The position numbers and the translations under genes are program-made. A DNA stretch of 64,000 bases from a virus: positions 31,138 to 95,137 of the IMG/VR virus record IMGVR_UViG_3300031221_000001; one strand, 5' to 3'. Under the pieces are notes generated by a model. That model was given only the letters and a program-made list of their open reading frames with translations, made no database searches and was not told the origin of the DNA. Of the stretch, positions 58,223 through 64,000 are shown piece by piece (position 1 is the stretch's first letter; the number at the start of each line of letters is the position of its first letter).

Positions 58223-59524
58223 ATGGCAAAGTTTGACAGAAGTGCGTTCAAAGCAACAAGAGTAGATGCTCTAGAGCAGCAATCTAAAACAGTAGATTCT
58301 TTAACTGGAAAAGGCTCTGGTGATAGAGCAAAAGTACTAGAACTAAAGAGAGATGGTAGTAAAAACAAGCTACGAATCTTTCCAAAACATCCAGACACAA
58401 AGTCATGGGCGTATCCAAAAACGGTACATTTCTTGAAAGTTACCTACACAGACAAGGACGGTAATGTAATCAAGGATGATAAGGGAAATCCTAAAGTAGG
58501 AAAGAAACCTATCTTCAATTCACGAGTTCACGGAGCAACTCAAAAAGACATCATTGACGAGTATATCAATTTCGTATACAAGCGAGCTTATGATGAGATT
58601 CAAGACGATGATACTCGTAAAAAGTTCCTTAGACCTATTGAAGGCTGGAAGGCTGGAGGTACGTGGAATCCTGGAATCAAGTCTCAAAGTAGATGGATTG
58701 TTTACGGAAATCTTAATGGAGATTTCGGAAGAGTAGAACTTCCAACTACAGTAAAGAATCGTCTAAATGAAATCGCCGCAGGACAAGACGATGAGGATGG
58801 ATCAATTGTAGTTGACCCGTTCACAGATATCGATGATGGTCGTAAAGTGTTTGTTTCTTATGATAAGGATCAAAAGGATCCTGCAAAGAAATATTCCACA
58901 GCAATTGACCTAAACAAATCGACTCCTTTAACAGACAAAGAGTTCGAACAGTTTGTTGACCAAACGCCATTAGAAAAGCTGTACAGCAAAGTGTACAAGA
59001 GAAGAGATTTCATGATGGCTATGGAAGGGCTAAAAACATTTGACGAAGAAAGTGCAAAAACACTTCAACAAATGGGATTTGATAGTGGATACGAAGTGTT
59101 CACGTTCGATTCTTTCTTAGACACTGCAGAAGAGATTAGTGAATACTATTCTGAAGAAGAGGACGATGAAGAATTAGAGAACGAAAAGCCAGGGAACGAA
59201 TTTCTTTCTTTAGAAGAAGATGAGGGTGATGATGTCGAAGAAGATGATAACGATGCTCCGTTCGAATCAGATAGCGATGACGTTGACGACATGGACATGG
59301 CTCAACTAAAAGCTCATATCAAAAAAAGCGGTTTGAGCATTCGAGTTCTTCCATCGTACAAGGTAGATCAAGTACGTCAGTTCGTTAAAGAAGAAGAAGC
59401 GCTGATTGCAGAAGAAGCATTGATTGCTGCAGAAGAAGCAATGACTGCTACACAAGAACCTAAGCAAGAAAAGGCTAAAGCAGGTAGTAGACTTGCTAAT
59501 TTAAAGGGAAGAGTTAAAAAATAA
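58223..59524 (+). CDS. Single-stranded DNA-binding protein (gp32-like)
   Basis: LRIFP, DPFTDIDDG and a long acidic tail; context. Confidence 0.65.
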   Translation: MAKFDRSAFKATRVDALEQQSKTVDSLTGKGSGDRAKVLELKRDGSKNKLRIFPKHPDTKSWAYPKTVHFLKVTYTDKDGNVIKDDKGNPKVGKKPIFNSRVHGATQKDIIDEYINFVYKRAYDEIQDDDTRKKFLRPIEGWKAGGTWNPGIKSQSRWIVYGNLNGDFGRVELPTTVKNRLNEIAAGQDDEDGSIVVDPFTDIDDGRKVFVSYDKDQKDPAKKYSTAIDLNKSTPLTDKEFEQFVDQTPLEKLYSKVYKRRDFMMAMEGLKTFDEESAKTLQQMGFDSGYEVFTFDSFLDTAEEISEYYSEEEDDEELENEKPGNEFLSLEEDEGDDVEEDDNDAPFESDSDDVDDMDMAQLKAHIKKSGLSIRVLPSYKVDQVRQFVKEEEALIAEEALIAAEEAMTATQEPKQEKAKAGSRLANLKGRVKK

Positions 59525-59538
59525 CTCCTCATCCAAAG

Positions 59539-59615
59539 TCTCACGTAGCTCAGTTGGTAGAGTGGCTCTTTTTTATAAGGAGCAAGTCATAGGTTCGAAT
59601 CCTGTCGTGAGACCA
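59539..59615 (+). tRNA. Atypical tRNA-like gene with a 9-nt anticodon loop (TTTTTATAA); Ile(TAT)-derived or TTA-reading, possibly a pseudogene
   Basis: Acceptor TCTCACG/CGTGAGA, D arm GCTC-AGTTGGTA-GAGT, anticodon stem GCTCT/GGAGC, T arm ATAGG-TTCGAAT-CCTGT, ends in CCA. Confidence 0.8.
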
Positions 59616-59632
59616 AATTAAAGACAGTTAAA

Positions 59633-60661
59633 ATGAGCAAACCGTTATTGATGGTCATAACTGACCCACACATCGACGTGTCAAACTTAGACATCGTCCC
59701 TAAAATGATTAAAGACGCAATTAGCAAAGCGAAAGAGTTAGGATTAGACAGGATTTACGTTGGAGGAGACATTTTTACCTCAAGAAAATCACAATTCTTG
59801 GCAGTTCTCCTTTCGTGGATGGATGTTTTAGATTTTGCCGAAGAGGAGCAAATAGATGTCGTTGCGATTCCAGGAAATCACGACAAAGCAGACTATACTT
59901 CTGTAGAAAGCTATTTAGATGTATATGAAGATCATTCAGCATTCACTCTTGTCAGAACACATGCAAAGTTCCAGGTAGGCAAGTTTACACTACATCTAGT
60001 TCCTTTCTTTGAAGAAAAGCAAACATATGGTCAGTACCTAAAGCTAGCAAAGCCTGAAGGAAAGCACGATATTCTACTAACGCACGTTGCAGTTAATGGT
60101 GTGCGAAATAATGACGGTAGTGAGGTAGAAGAATCGCTTTCTACAAGTAAGTTCGATAAGTTTTTCAAGGTATTCATAGGTCATTATCACGACGCACAGC
60201 AAGTAGGAGACAACATTTACTATATAGGCTCATTGAGACAGAAAAACTACGGTGAGGACGAGTATAAAGGATACACTGTATTGTATGAAGACGGATCTCA
60301 CGAAATGATCCCTAGTGAATTCAAAAAGTTTGTTACAGTCAAAATAGATTTGGATGAAGTCGACAATAAAGAGTTGACTAATTTGAGAAAGCAGTATCAA
60401 GATTCTGAAGATAGTGTTCGATTCAAGTTTACTGGAAGTAAAGAAAAGGTCACTTCTTTAGACAAAAGTAAATTCGATGCTGTTGGAATTAACGTAAAGT
60501 GTGAATATAAAAACGTTGACGTTGATGTTGATTTCGCTCAAGCAGAACAGTTTGGAGGATTTGACCAAAGTAAGATTAAAGAAGAGTGGATCGAATTCTG
60601 TCAAAATAATGACGACATAGATCAAGAGCAAGGAACCGAACTATTAAATCAAATATTATAA
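59633..60661 (+). CDS. SbcD/Mre11-like nuclease (gp47-like)
   Basis: TDPH, GGDIF, PGNHD and GHYH. Confidence 0.9.
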   Translation: MSKPLLMVITDPHIDVSNLDIVPKMIKDAISKAKELGLDRIYVGGDIFTSRKSQFLAVLLSWMDVLDFAEEEQIDVVAIPGNHDKADYTSVESYLDVYEDHSAFTLVRTHAKFQVGKFTLHLVPFFEEKQTYGQYLKLAKPEGKHDILLTHVAVNGVRNNDGSEVEESLSTSKFDKFFKVFIGHYHDAQQVGDNIYYIGSLRQKNYGEDEYKGYTVLYEDGSHEMIPSEFKKFVTVKIDLDEVDNKELTNLRKQYQDSEDSVRFKFTGSKEKVTSLDKSKFDAVGINVKCEYKNVDVDVDFAQAEQFGGFDQSKIKEEWIEFCQNNDDIDQEQGTELLNQIL

Positions 60662-60662
60662 A

Positions 60663-61643
60663 ATGAGTTTAGCTAAAGCATTAGATAAGTTGAATAAAAC
60701 TTATGGAATCAATACTGTAAACAAAGTTAAAGACCTGGAATCGCTAGAAATACAAAGGTTTTCTAGTGGATCACTGCAACTAGATAGAGCGCTAGGAGGT
60801 GGATATCCGGTTGGTAGAATTATTGAAATCTACGGACCGGAATCTTCAGGGAAAACTACACTAGCTCTTCACGCAATAGCGGAAGTTCAACGTCAAGGAA
60901 AGACAGCAGCCTTTATCGATGCTGAACATGCACTAGACACTCACTATGCGTCAGCAATTGGAGTAGATATCGATGAAATGATACTTTCTCAACCAGACAA
61001 CGGAGAACAGGCACTAGAGGTCGCTGACAATTTGGCTAGAAGTGAAGAGGTTGGTTTGATTGTGATAGATTCAGTCGCAGCACTAACTCCTAAAAGTGAA
61101 TTGGATGGAGAGATGGGAGACAATGCTGTAGGTAGGCAAGCAAAATTGATGGCACAGGCAATGAGAAAACTTGTTCCAGCGAGTAAGCAGAATAGCTGTA
61201 CGATCATCTTCATCAATCAAATAAGAATGAAGATTGGAGTAATGTTTGGTAATCCAGAAACTCAGCCAGGAGGAAACGCATTGAAATTTGCTGCCAGTCA
61301 GAGACTAGATATTCGTAAAGGAAAGGCCGTCAAAGATGGAGATGTGGTTATTGGAAACGATACTAAAGTCAAAGTGGTTAAAAATAAAGTCGGAATTCCT
61401 CACAGAGTTGCAGAGACGTTCATTAGATACGGAAGAGGTCTAGTCAAAGAAATGGAGCTTTTAAAGCTAGGAGTAGATTTAGACATAATTGAAAAATCAG
61501 GAGCTTGGTTCAGTTATCAAGGTGCTAAAATTGGCCAAGGCCAAAGTAAATCACTTGAGGTACTATTAGAGAACCCTGATTTATGTGATGAGATTGAAGA
61601 CAAAATTTTAAAAGCATTAGAACTGCTAAAAACTCAAAAATAG
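60663..61643 (+). CDS. recA: RecA recombinase
   Basis: [35 protein letters not shown] and GGNALKF. Confidence 0.97.
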   Translation: MSLAKALDKLNKTYGINTVNKVKDLESLEIQRFSSGSLQLDRALGGGYPVGRIIEIYGPESSGKTTLALHAIAEVQRQGKTAAFIDAEHALDTHYASAIGVDIDEMILSQPDNGEQALEVADNLARSEEVGLIVIDSVAALTPKSELDGEMGDNAVGRQAKLMAQAMRKLVPASKQNSCTIIFINQIRMKIGVMFGNPETQPGGNALKFAASQRLDIRKGKAVKDGDVVIGNDTKVKVVKNKVGIPHRVAETFIRYGRGLVKEMELLKLGVDLDIIEKSGAWFSYQGAKIGQGQSKSLEVLLENPDLCDEIEDKILKALELLKTQK

Positions 61644-63554
61644 ATGTATACACCAAAAAGACTGTGGTTAAGAAACGTAATGTCTCACAAAGATAGTGAG
61701 TTTGTGTTTGAGAATGGAAAGGCTGTGATGGTTCAAGGAATTAACTTGTCTGACGATGGTCAGTTGAGTAACGGATCAGGAAAATCAGCAATTTTAGAAG
61801 GAATTTCTATTGCAATTAGAGGAAACACTCTAAGAGATATTTCAGCAAAGGATTTAGTGAGAGACGGACAGAAATCGTGCATTGTAGAAATGGAGCTTCT
61901 AAATTCAATCGATCAAAAGACGTTGAAGATTAGAAGAACGATCTTCTCTAATACTAAAAGTGCAGAGTTGATGATAACAGTTGATGGAGAGATTCCAAAA
62001 CAACTAAGCGTCAATAGTGAAGAAAAGGTAGATGTTCGTGAAGGAAACGATTGGATCATATACACAATTGGAGTGTCAAAAGAAGATTTGTTAAATTACT
62101 TTTTGATCAGTAAAGAAAAGTACACTGCGTTTCTCAACATGTCTGACGGACCTAAGAAAGAGGTGATTGGCAGATTCAGCAAATCGAATTTATTGGATCC
62201 TGTTTATGGCGTGATTAGTGAAAAGGTCTCAAAGGTCGAAAAGCAAATTAGAGATCTGCAGGACGGAGTTGTTGCTTGTGAAAGTAGAATTCAAGTATAT
62301 AAGGAGCAGCTTGAAAGTGAGAATGTTGAAGAGAAAGAGAAGAAGAAGCAGCAAAAAATTGACTCTTATCGAGAAAAAATTTCACAGGCAAATCAAGTTT
62401 TAGACCAAGAAAAAAAGCTGTTGCCAGAGCTACAAGCAACTCTCAAAGAGGCAGAAGAGATATATGCACAAAAGCAATCTGCGTTGAAGAAAATGGATCA
62501 TACAGCAAAAATAAATCTATTAAACAAGCATAGAGCGCTAATAAAAAGTCAAGGGAAAGAGCTCAGGCAAGAATTGAAAGAGATTGAGAATCTCAAATTA
62601 GATCTAGAGAAAGCTATTCACGGAGCGGTGGAGTGTCCAGAATGTAAGGCTGAATTCAGCATATCAGACGACTCCTTTGATGTAAAAAAATCTCGTGAAA
62701 ACTTAGATGAGTTTGATAAAGCAATAAAAGAGGTTGAGAGAGATATTGATGAAAAAGTGAGCGAATACAATACTATTGACGGTAAAATTGAAAAGTTACA
62801 GCAAGAAGCGTCGAACGCTAAGCAAAGTGCAATGAAAGCAGAAACTGCTACAATTGAAGCTCAGCACAAAATAAAGAACAAAGAGATTACGATAGCTAGC
62901 CAACTACAGTCGATCAGTAATTGGCTAAACAGCATTCAAAACGTTCACGAAGAGGTTGTTAAAGATATGAGTGATGAGGTTACTGAAAAAATTGAACAGC
63001 AAGAGGTTCAGATAAAGACTTATCAAGATCAACTAGAAAACTTAGATCACGAAATTTTTCAACACAAAGAATGGAATGGTGTGATGACTAAGTTTAAAAC
63101 ACACCTATCTAACAAGGCGATCGCTGTAATAGAAGCACATTGCAATGAGTACCTTGGAAGAATGAAAACTAATCTTCAAGTCAAATTGGAAGGTTACAAA
63201 ATCAACAGATCTGGAGATATAAGAGAAAACATCACGGCAAAAGTTTTGAGAGACGGAATTGAAGTCGGACTGTTTGGTAAGTTTTCTAGTGGAGAAAAGG
63301 CTAGAATTCAAATCGCTATGATCTTCTCATTGCAGAGATTGATTAACATGAATAGTGAAGGAGGTGGATTAGATTTGTGCTTTCTTGATGAAGTAATTGA
63401 ATCGGTCGATAGTGAAGGAATTGAAGGAATTATGAACACATTGAATGGCTTAGAAGAAACCATTGTTGTGGTGACTCACGGAACATTCAATAAAAATTAT
63501 CCTAACATAACTGAAGTGAAAAAGGTTAAAGGAATTTCGATAATAAATCAGTAG
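61644..63554 (+). CDS. SbcC/Rad50-like ATPase (gp46-like)
   Basis: NGSGKS, long coiled coil with a CPEC zinc hook, FSSGE and FLDEV. Confidence 0.92.
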   Translation: MYTPKRLWLRNVMSHKDSEFVFENGKAVMVQGINLSDDGQLSNGSGKSAILEGISIAIRGNTLRDISAKDLVRDGQKSCIVEMELLNSIDQKTLKIRRTIFSNTKSAELMITVDGEIPKQLSVNSEEKVDVREGNDWIIYTIGVSKEDLLNYFLISKEKYTAFLNMSDGPKKEVIGRFSKSNLLDPVYGVISEKVSKVEKQIRDLQDGVVACESRIQVYKEQLESENVEEKEKKKQQKIDSYREKISQANQVLDQEKKLLPELQATLKEAEEIYAQKQSALKKMDHTAKINLLNKHRALIKSQGKELRQELKEIENLKLDLEKAIHGAVECPECKAEFSISDDSFDVKKSRENLDEFDKAIKEVERDIDEKVSEYNTIDGKIEKLQQEASNAKQSAMKAETATIEAQHKIKNKEITIASQLQSISNWLNSIQNVHEEVVKDMSDEVTEKIEQQEVQIKTYQDQLENLDHEIFQHKEWNGVMTKFKTHLSNKAIAVIEAHCNEYLGRMKTNLQVKLEGYKINRSGDIRENITAKVLRDGIEVGLFGKFSSGEKARIQIAMIFSLQRLINMNSEGGGLDLCFLDEVIESVDSEGIEGIMNTLNGLEETIVVVTHGTFNKNYPNITEVKKVKGISIINQ

Positions 63555-63563
63555 ATTAGTATT

Positions 63564-63845
63564 ATGAAAAAAAGTTATCTATACGTACATGCTGGGACCT
63601 TACAGCAGTTTCAAGAATATGAGAGGCAGCAAGTTGACGGAGTCGAGTGTATCCAAATTTTAGACGGAGAAACTTTAAGAGGCAGAACTCAAGGACTTGT
63701 GGTTAGAATTGGAACTCATTATGAAAAGTGGAATGCACAAGAAATTGAAGAGTCGATTGCTATTCACGAAGATCTGTGGAGCAAGAGTTCTTCAAGTAGC
63801 CCACAAGATGATGAACAGGGAAATTTAGACTATGGAATCGAATAA
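63564..63845 (+). CDS. Hypothetical protein
   Basis: 93 aa ORF. Confidence 0.6.
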   Translation: MKKSYLYVHAGTLQQFQEYERQQVDGVECIQILDGETLRGRTQGLVVRIGTHYEKWNAQEIEESIAIHEDLWSKSSSSSPQDDEQGNLDYGIE

Positions 63846-64000
63846 AAGATTTATAGGAATTGATCCAGGAAAGACAGGGCACGTCGTTGAACTAGACAAT
63901 AGTGGAAAGATTGTAGATCATTATGTTACTCCAGTAATTGGTAAGGAGTACGACAAACAGCAAATGAGTACAAACTTGTTTAAGTTCTCCCCATACAATA
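63832..64000 (+). CDS. RuvC-like Holliday junction resolvase, 5' part (truncated by the window)
   Basis: ATG 63832; MESNKRFIGIDPGKTG... carries the RuvC first-strand motif GIDPG. Confidence 0.7.
   Translation, partial: MESNKRFIGIDPGKTGHVVELDNSGKIVDHYVTPVIGKEYDKQQMSTNLFKFSPYN

Noticed and set aside
40215-61643. Inteins or introns in terminase, helicase, DnaE or RecA
   Set aside because: Lengths are normal, motifs are continuous, and no Hint or LAGLIDADG signatures were seen.
3855-63311. Minus-strand ORFs and short alternative-frame plus-strand ORFs in the track
   Set aside because: They overlap well-supported + strand genes, have biased shadow-ORF composition and show no motifs.
1-64000. 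Stop-codon reassignment suggested by the TTA reading of the tRNA
   Set aside because: Genes are full length and densely packed under code 11, with TAA, TAG and TGA all used as stops.
1-64000. Assignment to a named phage or to Herelleviridae proper
   Set aside because: The structural genes are only Herelleviridae-like, while the promoters and DnaE indicate a different, Bacteroidota-infecting lineage. It cannot be named without a database search.

Overview
This 64 kb window is part of a large lytic myovirus genome. Essentially all real genes lie on the + strand. The virion module resembles SPO1/Twort-type (Herelleviridae-like) phages, but the promoters (TTG-N20-TAnnTTT(A/G)) and A-rich leaders without Shine-Dalgarno sequences point to a Bacteroidota, probably Flavobacteriia, host. 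Layout: (1) a compositionally distinct, GATC-free accessory block (1-~2.5 kb); (2) small hypotheticals and the head module (portal, putative head cargo including a NUDIX hydrolase, MuF-like protein, protease/scaffold, major capsid); (3) neck, contractile tail and baseplate genes, including an Ig/cadherin-repeat adhesin; (4) replication and packaging genes (DEDDh exonuclease, terminase, DnaB, primase, ligase, DnaE, SSB, SbcD/RecA/SbcC, RuvC-like) plus one atypical tRNA-like gene. The most notable element is a 7-deazaguanine DNA-modification cluster (44.9-51.9 kb). It has queD, queE and folE but no queC in the window, a DpdL-like decarboxylase fused to an NMP-kinase fold, an HGPRT-like phosphoribosyltransferase, a dUTPase-fold enzyme and a divergent DpdA3-like TGT barrel. 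This suggests a 7-deazaguanine (dDG) pathway coupled to its own purine salvage or nucleotide-activation loop. All annotations come from motif recognition by eye; no database searches were run.
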